Origin: Mytilus edulis
Lineage: Eukaryota
Assembly: GCF_963676685.1 (NCBI RefSeq)
Contig: NC_092356.1
Coordinates: 40,548,001 to 40,612,000, forward strand
Direction of reading: 5' to 3'
Length of the DNA stretch: 64,000 nucleotides
Shown here: positions 13,586-24,350 of the stretch, piece after piece
Numbering within the stretch: the stretch's first letter is position 1
Layout of the letters: each line of letters begins with the position of its first letter
Position numbers and translations under genes: made by a program
The notes under the pieces: model-generated
Seen by the model: the letters and a program-made list of their open reading frames with translations, nothing else
Told to the model about the DNA's origin: nothing
Databases searched by the model: none

Positions 13586-14085
13586 ACTAACAAGGTAAAG
13601 TTAACATTGATCGTTGTACCATGAAAATGAGGTCAAGGTCAGATGTACCCTACCAGACTGACATGTACTTGATCTTTTGTATATAGTATTTAAGAAACAA
13701 ACTTAACCAGGAAAACTTAAGATTGACCAATGAACCAGGAATAAAGGTCAAGGTCAGATGATAATTTCAAGACGGACATACACCTTACAATGATTCCATA
13801 CACCTAATATAGTTGACCTAGTGCTTAAAGTACCAAAAACCAAAACTTAACATTGAGCAATGAACTTATTAATGACAAGGTCAGAAAAAACATGCCAAAC
13901 TGACATGTACATCGTAAAATATTTTCATACACCAAATATAGTTGACCTATTGCATACAGTGTTAAACAAAACAAAAAATTAAAAACTTAATTTGATCACT
14001 GAACCATGAAAATGATGTCAAGGTCAGATGACACCTGCCAGCTAGACATGTACACCTTTATACAATCATTCCATATATCAAATAT

Positions 14086-14201
14086 TGCAATCTAATTAAA
14101 AACCGATCTCTCATCGCTCCCGTTTTCTGATATGTCGCTGTCTCTCACGGGACATACAAGAAAACGGGAGCGACGACATATCGGTTTTTAATTAGATTGC
14201 A
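14086..14201. mobile_element. 116-bp near-palindromic MITE
   Basis: 22-bp perfect TIR tgcaatctaattaaaaaccgat plus inner IR tcgctcccgttttct / agaaaacgggagcga; AATAT duplicated at 14081-14085 and 14202-14206; interrupts a caaatatagt motif of the 148-bp HINE unit. Confidence 0.85.
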
Positions 14202-14546
14202 AATATAGTAGACCTATTGCATACAGTATAAGAAAACAGACCAAAACACAAAACTTGTCTTTAACCACTGAACGATAAACATGAGGTCAAGGTCACATGA
14301 CACCTCAGTGCCAGTTGAACATGTACACCTTACAATCATTCCATACACCAAATATAGTAGATCTATTTGACAGATGGAAACTTCGTTACATAAGCAGTGG
14401 CGGATCCAGATTTTTTTAAGGGGTGGAGCACTGACTGCCATAACTGGGGCCCATTACAGTCATGCATCAGTGATTCCCTATGTAATCAACCAAATTTTTC
14501 CCATGTACTCGGCCACTATATAAGACCCCTTTCACTTGATGATCAT

Positions 14547-15111
14547 TATGCTGAGCCTGACTCAGCTAGTATAACCATGGGACTGTATCGCAATCTCGGC
14601 AAATTATAAAGAATAACAACTTGTGTTTGAAGATTGTAGATTATAATTCCACCAGAAATGACACAGGAGTTTTTACAGAGCGTGTATTGTTTGGTAATCT
14701 GAAAGAAATAAAAATACAATATTTATAATATGTACGAAAGAAATATATGAATGTTCAATGCAATAATAATATCAAGTCAAAAACCAAAGTAGAATTCTCA
14801 GGTCAATTCATAGAAATAAACAATTACAGTTCGTATTTGTTGAATAAACGTGGAATTCAAGTTAACGGAATTAACGGTATATATATTTAACAGTTTATAA
14901 TCGATTTGAAACATACTTGACGGTGATTTGTCACAATATCCACAGGAGCAGATTTGTCGTGGCATCCATTTGCAATAGACAGGTGGGGAAGAGAAATTAA
15001 ACGGTAGTGAAAATACGGATAAGTCCAGATTATTTCCGGAAAATATGAATGTCTGAAAATTCAATCCAATAGACTTTATAGTAAATGTAGTTGCGTATGT
15101 GATTCAGAATA
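14547..15111 (-). repeat. 3' LTR of the BEL/Pao element
   Basis: 565 bp; about 4 substitutions versus 21998-22562; minus-strand termini TATTCTGAA...CTCAGCATA. Confidence 0.95.
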
Positions 15112-15335
15112 CTCCCCGTCTGAAATCTACCTGATATCACTATTCCAGAAAGTATAATTCCAAATGTGAATGTCACTATATTAATCCACAATATATACAT
15201 ATAATTACACAGGTTTGTTCTCTATGAGAAGAATCATGTCCACGATAGGGCGTGTGTAGGTTGTGGCTTTTCCATTAACGATTACTCGCACTTCTGCTTT
15301 TCGCACATGTTCGTCTGAACTTTTAAATGAATTCA

Positions 15336-16466
15336 CTATAATTCCAACGGGCCATTGGGTACGGCAAATGTTTTGTCCTTTAGAAGAATGACGTCTCCTT
15401 CGATGAGATCACGGCGATCTTCGGTCCATTTTCGTCGTTGTTGTAGTAACGGCAGGTACTCCTTCCTCCAACGGGACCAGAAAACACTGGCTAGAGCCTG
15501 TACTCGTCTCCATTCGGCAAGACAGAGATCTCGTTTGTCGAATTCCCCAAGATGGTCTGAAGTGAAAATGTAGTCGGTTTTCTGCGTCAATAACATAGCC
15601 GGAGTTAATATTAACGGATTCTCTGGATCTGTTGATACCGGTACCAGAGGTCTAGAGTTCACTATTGCTGAAACTTCTGCCATTAGTGTGTTGAGCACGT
15701 CATGTGTTAGGCTTCTTCCGGCTGCGTTAAGAAGCATAGAATCAAGAATTCTCCTAGTGATACCAATCATTCTTTCCCAGGCTCCACCCATGTGGGACGA
15801 ATGCGGCGGATTAAAGATCCAAGTTGTACCAGAATTGTAAAGCAAGTTATTGAAGGGTCCATCTTCAACGTTGATTGAGTCAATCTTTAAATCGTCGATT
15901 GCGCCGATAAAGTTCGTTCCACGGTCAGATCGGAAAATCTTAACTTGGCCTCTTATAGCGGCGAATCTCCTGACAGCGTTTATGAAGGCTGAAAAACTCA
16001 TTTCCTCGATTAATTCGATGTGAATAGCTCTTGTCACTAAGCATGTGAATAAAATTGCCCAACGTTTTGATTTGGCGTATCCACCACGTGTTTTACGTGA
16101 AACAATTGTCCAGGGTCCAAAGGTGTCTATTCCAACGTTAGTAAACGGAGGTGAAGGTTCAAGACGGTCCTCTGGCAAATCAGACATGATTTGATACTCG
16201 GTTTTTCCTCTGAGTTTGCGGCATGTCACACATTTGTGAATAATAGATGAGATCAAGCGTTTTGCTCCTACGATCCAAAATCCTGCGGATCGAATCGCTC
16301 CATCTGTGAAATGGCGACCTTGATGTTTTATCTTGTTGTGGTAGTGTCGAACTAATAATGTCGCTATATGATGGCGTCCAGGGACGATCAATGGTTTCTT
16401 TTCACGGAGGTTTAAGTCAGATTTGGCGATACGGCCTCCTACTCGTAATAGTCCTCGTTCGTCCAA
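15336..16466 (-). CDS. BEL/Pao integrase (frameshift-separated part of the polyprotein)
   Basis: GLLRVGGR; HHCC zinc motif (HYH...HQG...CVTC); DDE triad GIDTFGP / SDRGTNF / GAWERMI; FWSRWRKEYL. Confidence 0.93.
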   Translation of the reverse strand: MDERGLLRVGGRIAKSDLNLREKKPLIVPGRHHIATLLVRHYHNKIKHQGRHFTDGAIRSAGFWIVGAKRLISSIIHKCVTCRKLRGKTEYQIMSDLPEDRLEPSPPFTNVGIDTFGPWTIVSRKTRGGYAKSKRWAILFTCLVTRAIHIELIEEMSFSAFINAVRRFAAIRGQVKIFRSDRGTNFIGAIDDLKIDSINVEDGPFNNLLYNSGTTWIFNPPHSSHMGGAWERMIGITRRILDSMLLNAAGRSLTHDVLNTLMAEVSAIVNSRPLVPVSTDPENPLILTPAMLLTQKTDYIFTSDHLGEFDKRDLCLAEWRRVQALASVFWSRWRKEYLPLLQQRRKWTEDRRDLIEGDVILLKDKTFAVPNGPLEL

Positions 16467-16851
16467 AAACGGATTAAGGTTAGCTATAGGACTCCGCTTA
16501 TGAATTTGTTCCTGACGTTTAATGCATCTATTTCATCTCCGTAAACTTCATATTGAGCAGATATTAAGATGAAATTTTCGGCATTCGAAAAGCCTTCCAG
16601 AGAAGTCACTGGTGCTGTCTGTTTTGACCCGTGTAAACGGGAGAAACGTTCCAAAAAGGCTATCGCTCGCATAAGTGATGTCCAGTTGGAGAATCTGTTG
16701 AATCTATCAGTTCCGATACCTTTATGCTCAAGTGTGGCAAATGTTTTTGCAACATTAACAGTTGCACGTATTTCTCCATCTTCCTCTGGGTCTATTAGCT
16801 GATATATGTCCTCATAATTCTTTTGTTCTGAGAAAAGAAGTTGTCTTGGTC

Positions 16852-19800
16852 CTAATAACCATTCGCTGCTATGAATTTCGTGGGCAGGTACGGACCTTGT
16901 TCCCGAGTCTGCGGGATTACGGTTAGTTGGTACATATTATTCCATTGACTTGGAGAGCTAAATTTTCTTATTTTCTCTACTCGATTGGCGACATAGATAA
17001 AGAACCTTCTTGTCTCGTTACTGATGTAGCCTAGGACTACTTTCCTGTCTGTGTAGAATTTTACGGTGTCTATATGTAAATCTAAATTATCCATGATGGT
17101 CTGTGTTATCTCGACTGCTAATACTGCAGCAGATAGTTCAAGACGTGGAATAGTATGACCACTTGTTGGTGCAACTTTAGCTGTCCCAAGAATGAAACCT
17201 ATGTTTGGTTCACCACTACTGTCGGTCGTGCGTAGATATGCAACAGCTGCTATGGCTTTTTCTGATGCATCAGAGAAGACATGTAACTCCTTTGTGGTGG
17301 TTTTGCTGAGATACGGCACGTAGGTACGTGGAATGCGCAATGTTTCACTAGCAATTAGAGTATCTCTCAAAGATTTCCACTCATCTGCTGTCTCATCAGT
17401 GAGAGGTTGGTCCCAGTCGACGGTTTCTGATACTATTTTCCTTAATAGGAGTTTTCCTTGTATAATCACCGGAGCCAAAAATCCCAGAGGATCGTAGAGA
17501 CTGTTTATCGTCGATAAAATTCCTCTCCGAGTGATCGGTTTGTTTTCTGATGATAATTGAAATAAGAAGTTATCAGTGTTTACGTCCCAGCTGAGACCAA
17601 GACTACGTTGTAGGGGTTTACTGTCGCATTCTAAGTCTAGATCTTTAAGATTTGAAGCCAAATCACTGGCATGAAATGCAGACATAACTTCCGCACAATT
17701 AGACGCAAACTTGTGAAGTCGTAAGTTTCCATATTTTGCTAATGCTTGCTGTGTGTCCTTCATGAGCTTAACAGCTTCCTCTTTAGTAGGACATGATGTT
17801 AGACCGTCGTCGACATAGAAGTCTCTTGTAACAAAGCTAGTCACGTGACTGCCAAACTCTAGTTCTGATGCTTGAGCTGCTTTTCGGAGTCCAAGCGTAG
17901 CAACGGCAGGTGACGGACTATTTCCGAAAACATGAACTCTCATGCGGTATTCGACAAGGTTCTCCTGTAGGTCATTGTCTTTATGCCATAAAAATCTCAG
18001 GTAATTTCGGTGGTCTTTTCTGACAACAAAGCAGTGAAACATATGTTGAACGTCTGCAGTTACTGCGACCATTTCTTTCCTGAAACGCAGCAGTACTCCC
18101 AAGAGATCATTGGTCAAGTCTGGACCTGTAAGCAGGACGCTGTTAAGTGAAACTCCGTTACATTTGGCGGAAGAATCAAACACACCTCTTATCTGATCGG
18201 GTTTCTTCGGATGATAAACATCAAACAATGGCAAATACCAGCACTCCTCATGTTCATGCAATGGTGGAGCGAGCTCTGCATGATTATTGTCTAGGATCTT
18301 ACTCATAAATGTAAGAAAGTGTTCCCGCTTAACTGGGTTTCTATTCAGACTGGTGTCTAACATATTAGCGCGATGAAGAGCTTGTTGTCTGTTGCTTGGC
18401 AATGGCTGTCTTGGCACTCGGAACGGCAACGGTGCTACCCAACTTCCTTCCGAGTCTCTCACAAATTCGTTGTCCATCTGCTTTATGAACATTTTGTCCT
18501 CATATGACTCTCCAGGCTTATCATCGTCCCTTGTTTTTTCAAAGAGTGGCGATTGTAAATCTTTCGTTACAGGGTCTGTGTAGTTTTCCCGGATGTCAAA
18601 CTTGCTTGTGCATGGTTGAAAGGTTGAAGGTTGTCCTGTAGGTAAAATGTTGGTTATTTTGACATTTAACTCAAGAGGTACATGCTGCTTGTTAATGCAG
18701 GTTTCTCCTATCACTACCCAACCCAGGTTCAATTGTTGTGCGTATGGAGTTCTGGATGGTCCTATGCGCTGGTCGAGGACATGGTGTGCCTCTAAAAGGT
18801 CTCTGCCAATTAATAGAAGAATTTGACAATTTTCTTCTATGGGTGGAATGCTACCCCTAAGTTCTTTTAAATGAGGGTGATACATTGTTACTTCAGGAGT
18901 AGGTATTTCGTCCCTATTATTTGGAATATGATCACATTCAATCAGTACAGGAAGGTCAAACTTGTCATAACCATTGATTGATTCCATGACAAAACCTCTT
19001 CCTCTTTTCCCGGAAGTGACTACTTTGCCGGAGCATGTTGATAAAGTATAGTTCTCCGGTTTATCTTTGACGTTGAAAAGATTAAAGAATTCGGGTGATG
19101 CTAGTGACCGGTTGCTTTGGTCATCAATGATGGCGTACATGCGAATAACTTTGTCCTGGTTATCTTTGTGATAAACATTTACAGGCAGTATTTTAGCACA
19201 AGATTTCCCGCTATATGTATCTTTGCAGATCTCAGTACAGGTAGAGTTAACTGAGGTTGCCTTAGTTTCAGCCGATTCTATAGGCTCCCCGCCGTAGGCT
19301 TGCTTAGGCGGGCTAGATTGAGAACTTGCAGGTTGCTGTGGTCTAGTGATGTGAAGTGCGGTAGTGTGTTGTTTACTTCCACATTCTTTACAACTTATGC
19401 GTGCATTGCATTCCCGGCTCCTGTGTGTGGTAGAATCACAACACTTGTAACATACATTGTTTTCTTTTAAAAGACCTTTGCGCTCCTCTATTGACTTGGC
19501 TCGGAACGCTCGACATTCATTTAAGGAATGCTTTGTACTGTGCAGAATACAAAGACCTTGTTTGCTGGAATCTCCAGATTGCTGCTCAACTGCTGTTTTA
19601 TGAGCACCAACTTTAGTCTTAGGGTAAGACGTAGACCTTGGCGCAGCACCTTTTGTATTTGGTGTGACTTTTGACCCAAAGATGAACCCAGGATCGTTCT
19701 TTGTTTTGCTTATTTCCCTGATGAAGGCAGAGAATTCTGTGAAAGGTGGAAAAGCAACTTCATATTTAGACTTGTATCTTGTAGCCCTCGTTGTCCACTT

Positions 19801-19872
19801 TTCTTGGAGTCCGTACGGTAATTTTTCAACAATTGGATTTATACCGGACGAAGAGTCGAAGTATGCTAGCAA
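16852..19872 (-). CDS. BEL/Pao polyprotein: Gag zinc knuckles, aspartic protease, RT, RNase H
   Basis: Three Cys/His knuckles (CILH..H...C; CYKCC....H....C; CKEC....H...LH), AIIDDQS protease site, FYVDDGL RT motif, VFSDAS and TIPRLEL Pao RNase H motifs; frameshifted near 16935. Confidence 0.93.
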   Translation of the reverse strand: MLAYFDSSSGINPIVEKLPYGLQEKWTTRATRYKSKYEVAFPPFTEFSAFIREISKTKNDPGFIFGSKVTPNTKGAAPRSTSYPKTKVGAHKTAVEQQSGDSSKQGLCILHSTKHSLNECRAFRAKSIEERKGLLKENNVCYKCCDSTTHRSRECNARISCKECGSKQHTTALHITRPQQPASSQSSPPKQAYGGEPIESAETKATSVNSTCTEICKDTYSGKSCAKILPVNVYHKDNQDKVIRMYAIIDDQSNRSLASPEFFNLFNVKDKPENYTLSTCSGKVVTSGKRGRGFVMESINGYDKFDLPVLIECDHIPNNRDEIPTPEVTMYHPHLKELRGSIPPIEENCQILLLIGRDLLEAHHVLDQRIGPSRTPYAQQLNLGWVVIGETCINKQHVPLELNVKITNILPTGQPSTFQPCTSKFDIRENYTDPVTKDLQSPLFEKTRDDDKPGESYEDKMFIKQMDNEFVRDSEGSWVAPLPFRVPRQPLPSNRQQALHRANMLDTSLNRNPVKREHFLTFMSKILDNNHAELAPPLHEHEECWYLPLFDVYHPKKPDQIRGVFDSSAKCNGVSLNSVLLTGPDLTNDLLGVLLRFRKEMVAVTADVQHMFHCFVVRKDHRNYLRFLWHKDNDLQENLVEYRMRVHVFGNSPSPAVATLGLRKAAQASELEFGSHVTSFVTRDFYVDDGLTSCPTKEEAVKLMKDTQQALAKYGNLRLHKFASNCAEVMSAFHASDLASNLKDLDLECDSKPLQRSLGLSWDVNTDNFLFQLSSENKPITRRGILSTINSLYDPLGFLAPVIIQGKLLLRKIVSETVDWDQPLTDETADEWKSLRDTLIASETLRIPRTYVPYLSKTTTKELHVFSDASEKAIAAVAYLRTTDSSGEPNIGFILGTAKVAPTSGHTIPRLELSAAVLAVEITQTIMDNLDLHIDTVKFYTDRKVVLGYISNETRRFFIYVANRVEKIRKFSSPSQWNNMYQLTVIPQTREQGPYLPTKFIAANGY

Positions 19873-20138
19873 ACATCCCAGCTTGGGATTTTCCTTGTGA
19901 TATTCTATTTCTGATAGAATGTCAGACAGTTCGTAGAGACGTGCGTTGTCCTAGGCCTTATTCGTCAATGTAGGGAATTTGGCAAGTTTACTCATGAGAG
20001 AGGCTTCCAACATTTCTGGAGCACCATACCGCTCGTCAAGCCTCTTCCATAATCTCTGTATACCTATGGAAGGATTATTGGCGTTCGACGCTCTTATGCT
20101 AATGGCGTGTTTAGCAGACTCTGGACCGAGCCACTTGA

Positions 20139-21857
20139 TCAGTAAATCGATCTGTTCTGAGTCAGAAACTCATCAGTCACGTTCTTGAAGCTTGCTTTCC
20201 AAGTATGAAAGGATTCTGCCCGATCGTTAAAGCTTGTTAATCGGGAGAAAAGCAGGTCCTTGCGTAAGAGGAATCTAGTTATCTCTGATGTAAGGTTGAT
20301 TTGTTGCTGGTGTGCAACAGGGATCTCTTCTATTACGTCTTGTTTTTTGTGTGAAACAGGGATCTCTTCTATAACGTCCTGTTTTGTGCGTAAGACAGGG
20401 ATCGCTTCTTTAACACCCTGTTTTTGGTGTTCAGTAGGGCTCTCATCTGAAAGACCTAGTTTTTGTATGCCGGTTACTAATCCCAGATCTGGGATAAAGG
20501 TAACTTCCGGTGACTTATTATCGGAAGGCAAGACGGCAGATGTCTGTGACAGCAAGTTCGATGCCACGGATGGCATGTACGCTGGTGCTTCGTGACTCAG
20601 CTCGATCTTAACAGGAATTTGTTTTTTCTTTTGAGGTCCTGTTACTTCCTTAACAACAGTTGATACAGGAAGTTTATTGACGAAATCTTGCACACGCTGG
20701 AGCGGGTCTTCCTTTTCGTCAGGGAGATCGCTATACGTTTGGCTATCATCGTATTCCAGGATACGAGCCTCGGCTTCTGCGGCTGCAGCTTCTCTCTGTG
20801 CTTCAAGAAGGTTATATTTGGCTTTAAGCTCGGCCTTTTCCCGGCTTACTCGTGCGGCTTCTTGTTGCATTTGAGCCTTCCTGCGCATAGCTTCTTGTTC
20901 TAATTGCGTTTTTCTGTGAGAGGCCTCTTGTTCTAATTGCATTTTTCTTTGAGCGGCCTCTTGTTCTAATTGCATTTTTCTGTGAGCGGCCTCTTGTTCT
21001 AATTGCACTTTTCTGTGAGCAGCCTCCTGTTCTAGCTGAACTGTTCTCTGTGCGGCCTCATGTTTACGTTGAGCGACTTCTTGCTCCATTTCTGCCTGTT
21101 TACGACTGGCTTCCTGTTCCATTTCAGCCTTTTTGTGTGCTGCTTCCTGTTTCATCTCAGCCTTTTTGCGTGCTGCTTCCTGTTCCATTTCATTTTGTCT
21201 GAACAGGGCTTGTTCTTCTAACATTGCTTCCTGTTGTAGGATAAGGGCATGTTTTTCGACAAATGCTATCTTAGACTTTGAAGCCTCTGCCTTGGCTCGC
21301 TTTCTCCGTGCCAGGCTTGACATGTCTGACACGTTAGAGCTACCGCTGTGCGAGGTTTTCTTACCCCTTGAGGTCTTTGTTTTAGTGGATTTGGCCTTTG
21401 TTAGAGCGAGGCGATGCTCGTGTAGTTTTTCCATAACTAGCTCCACTTTAGACAGACGTAAATCCAAAGAGAGTTTACATGCATCAATTTCTTTTTGACT
21501 CTCCAATGTTCGGGTCCTTTTCAGAAAGTCTAGGTATTCATCTGTGAGCCTACGATAATTATTACAGGCTTTAACAAGTTTGTCCTGGACTGTTAGGAGT
21601 TGCTGGAGATCGTTAGGAGGCGTTGTTACTTCCAATAACTGGGATTCAATGTCTGCCCAGAGAGCCTCTAGTTCCTGACAGAACTTGTCACGTTTTTCAG
21701 TGAAAGCTCCTTGTCCTTTTTCCGTGAGGTCACGTACTCGCCTAGCCTCGGGAGTTTCATCTGACTGTGATGTATTAGACGGATTTTCTAAAAGTTCAGG
21801 GACATCTCCATCTTGGGGCTGAATCTCTTCTTGTTGTTCCACATGACTGGGATCCAT
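20139..21857 (-). CDS. BEL/Pao Gag N-terminal part (frameshifted near 20170)
   Basis: 572-aa ORF with coiled-coil 11-aa repeats (EQEAAHRKMQL) and FLLRKDLL...FNDRAESFHTWKASF; the continuation (LLIKWLGPES) lies in another frame. Confidence 0.85.
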   Translation of the reverse strand: MDPSHVEQQEEIQPQDGDVPELLENPSNTSQSDETPEARRVRDLTEKGQGAFTEKRDKFCQELEALWADIESQLLEVTTPPNDLQQLLTVQDKLVKACNNYRRLTDEYLDFLKRTRTLESQKEIDACKLSLDLRLSKVELVMEKLHEHRLALTKAKSTKTKTSRGKKTSHSGSSNVSDMSSLARRKRAKAEASKSKIAFVEKHALILQQEAMLEEQALFRQNEMEQEAARKKAEMKQEAAHKKAEMEQEASRKQAEMEQEVAQRKHEAAQRTVQLEQEAAHRKVQLEQEAAHRKMQLEQEAAQRKMQLEQEASHRKTQLEQEAMRRKAQMQQEAARVSREKAELKAKYNLLEAQREAAAAEAEARILEYDDSQTYSDLPDEKEDPLQRVQDFVNKLPVSTVVKEVTGPQKKKQIPVKIELSHEAPAYMPSVASNLLSQTSAVLPSDNKSPEVTFIPDLGLVTGIQKLGLSDESPTEHQKQGVKEAIPVLRTKQDVIEEIPVSHKKQDVIEEIPVAHQQQINLTSEITRFLLRKDLLFSRLTSFNDRAESFHTWKASFKNVTDEFLTQNRSIY

Positions 21858-21997
21858 GTTGACTCAACGTTGTTGGGTTGCTGTCGAGTTCACACAAGAT
21901 ATGTAGTCCACTGTCAGTGTAAAGGTATGTACGTATGTACGTTGCTACGTTGTCGTTCCTTGTCTGGATATGTAAAGACAGGTTGTCGTCAATTTAC

Positions 21998-22562
21998 TAT
22001 GCTGAGCCTGACTCAGCTAGTATAACCATGGGACTGTATCGCAATCTCGGCAAATTATAAAGAATAACAACTTGTGTTTGAAGATTGTAGATTATAATTC
22101 CACCAGAAATGACACAGGAGTTTTTACAGAGCGTGTATTGTTTGGTAAACTGAAAGAAATAAAAATACAATATTTATAATATGTACGAAAGAAATATATG
22201 AATGTTCAATGCAATAATAATATCAAGTCAAAAACCAAAGTAGAATTCTCAGGTCAATTCATAGAAATAAACAATTACAGTTCGTATTTGTTGAATAAAC
22301 GTGGAATTCAAGTTAACGGAATTAACGGTATATATATTTAACAGTTTATAATCGATTTGAAACGTACTTGACGGTGATTTGTCACAATATCCACAGGAGC
22401 AGATTTGTCGTGGCATCCATTTGCAATAGACAGGTGAGGAAGAGAAAGTAAACGGTAGTGAAAATACGGATAAGTCCAGATTATTTCCGGAAAATATGAA
22501 TGTCTGAAAATTCAATCCAATAGACTTTATAGTAAATGTAGTTGCGTATGTGATTCAGAATA
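21998..22562 (-). repeat. 5' LTR of the BEL/Pao element
   Basis: Direct repeat of 14547-15111; internal region begins GTAAATTG on the minus strand, with no obvious TGG primer-binding site. Confidence 0.95.
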
Positions 22563-22816
22563 ATCATTTATCTATATTTAAAATCAATGGTGGACATCAA
22601 TAATTATGCAAATTGGGTCAAAGCCACTTACATACTATTTATACCGAGTGTGATACAATATCGTTTTCAGACCAAAATATGAGTGTGCACGTATCATTAC
22701 AGCTGTTTAATTTGTCAACATATACTTGTTTCCTCAAATTGACAAACCTAAAGATCATAAATGGAAATGGGACGCGTTTGAGTTTGATGATCTGGGGCTG
22801 CAATATCTATGAAGGT

Positions 22817-22945
22817 CAGAGGCGGATTTAGGTTGAGGAAAAATTTGGTTGCTTATATTGGAAATCACTGAAGCATGACTGGAGCCATCCCCCTATCAGG
22901 CAGTCAATAGGCCCCAACTTATAAAAAATTCTGGATCCGCCACTG
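22817..22945. mobile_element. Short hAT-like MITE
   Basis: Termini cagaggcggatt / ggatccgccactg; a truncated inverted copy lies at 14395-14502 and the same TIR type at 55642-55767. Confidence 0.65.
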
Positions 22946-23639
22946 AATGTGATGGTACATTTACTATTGTAACTGGTAATATTAATGTTTTAAAGTATAT
23001 TGAGATTATTGACAATTTTATTGCTCATCAGTTCCCCGGTGACAATATTATAAATGATGATGACAAATTCAATGTCCCGGTTCATAGAGCTATATCTGTG
23101 AAAGAGTATATCTAAAAAAAAAATCAACTAAGCCGTGCACTCCACAGAGAGTCAAAAAGTAAATAATCATGTAACTACCACAGATCAGTTTAAGCTAGCC
23201 TCTACTGGACATTTGAAGGTCAACACATGACTAGTCTATGTATTGGTTTCCTAAACTAAATCGGCCTCTAGTAAGTGTACTACTACTTATGTTTCAGTGC
23301 TTTTAACTTGTTCCTGCATTCCCACATACCAAACTAATCATTAACTTTTGTAATAAAACATATGAAAATAGTAAAATTAAATTTTTTGTAGTGTAAAAAA
23401 GTCTTTAGATGTTTTAGATGAACTACATGTACATACCTTTGGTGGTCCTTTTGATTCGGTTGACAGTTTTGACTTTCCACTCTTTATACTGCACTCCCAA
23501 ACGAAAAGTTTTTGTTTTGATCAAATGGTAGTTTGAAATATCAGGTTGCAAATTTATTTTCTGCAACTCATATAAAGTTAACTTGATGATAAATAAACTC
23601 ATCATAGATACATTTATACCAGGACTAAATTTTGTATAT

Positions 23640-23685
23640 ACGCCAGACGCGCGTTTCGTCTACAAAAGACTCATCGTTGACGCTC
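23640..23685 (-). ncRNA. Degenerate minimal type I hammerhead ribozyme motif within a short interspersed repeat (~23595-23715)
   Basis: Minus strand: gcgtca-ACGATGA-gtct-tttgt-agac-GAAAC-gcgc-GTC-tggcgt. Stems I and II and the palindromic stem III are intact; the CUGAUGA core is mutated. Confidence 0.7.
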
Positions 23686-23739
23686 GAATCCAAAAAAGTT
23701 AAAGGCCAAATAAATGATGATATTGTTTTCGTTGAATAA

Positions 23740-24350
23740 TCAAGAATACCTTAAATATACTGTCGAAATCTACTCTAAGGAAGTAAATCAAATATTACAA
23801 GAAATAAATGTTCTTTCATAGATTTTGATATATCAGTCTTACACTAGAAACTCTACACAAAAAATACGACAAAAAAAAAATGTTCCTTTGGTACCGTCTA
23901 ATTGTGTTTAGACATCCCAACTCGTCCATACTCGTTTCTGTGTTTCTGTTTTGACGTTTTAAATTTCAATGTATTACTGATAAATTATTTAGTCATGAAT
24001 TTCGTTACCAAAAATTACTTGAAACATTAAAAATTTTCCTAAATTATTCCATAGGTACAAATAATTGTTTGAAAACGTATTTCAAACCGAATAGCACATC
24101 TTAATTTTTATGGTCATGTTGTATGCCGAGCCTGGAACTTCAGATGGGAATCAGGTATTTGGCTCTCAATAGTGACGACTTCATTACGTATACTAAAGAA
24201 ATGTATCCTGTTGAACTTACTTTAAATAAAGCTAATACTAACAATGACCACTGCCCTTTCCTTGATCTTGATATATCATTAACGGAAAGCTTAATACAAA
24301 AAATTATGATAAGAGAGATGATTTTTCATTTCCTATCGTTAATTATCCAT
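23740..24350 (+). mobile_element. Degenerate Penelope-like RT fragments
   Basis: 24150-24350 encodes F..YTKEMYPVELTLNKAN...CPFLDLDI and, after a frameshift, a YDKRDDFSFPIVNYPF-like motif; a more decayed similar piece lies at 23740-24120. Confidence 0.65.

Larger units (their letters stand above)
14547..22562 (-). mobile_element. Full-length BEL/Pao LTR retrotransposon
   Basis: Two 565-bp direct repeats, ATCAT TSD (14542-14546, 22563-22567), PPT gacggggag abutting the 3' LTR, and gag-PR-RT-RH-IN order with BEL/Pao motifs. Confidence 0.97.

Noticed and set aside
15355-22025. Antisense ORFs within the BEL element, and 88-aa ORFs in both LTRs (14798-15064, 22249-22515)
   Set aside because: Shadow frames of gag-pol or chance LTR ORFs without real starts or motifs.
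14395-22945. Inverted cagtggcggatccaga ends around the BEL element as a composite DNA transposon
   Set aside because: No shared TSD, and the right-hand copy is a self-contained MITE with its own left end at 22817.
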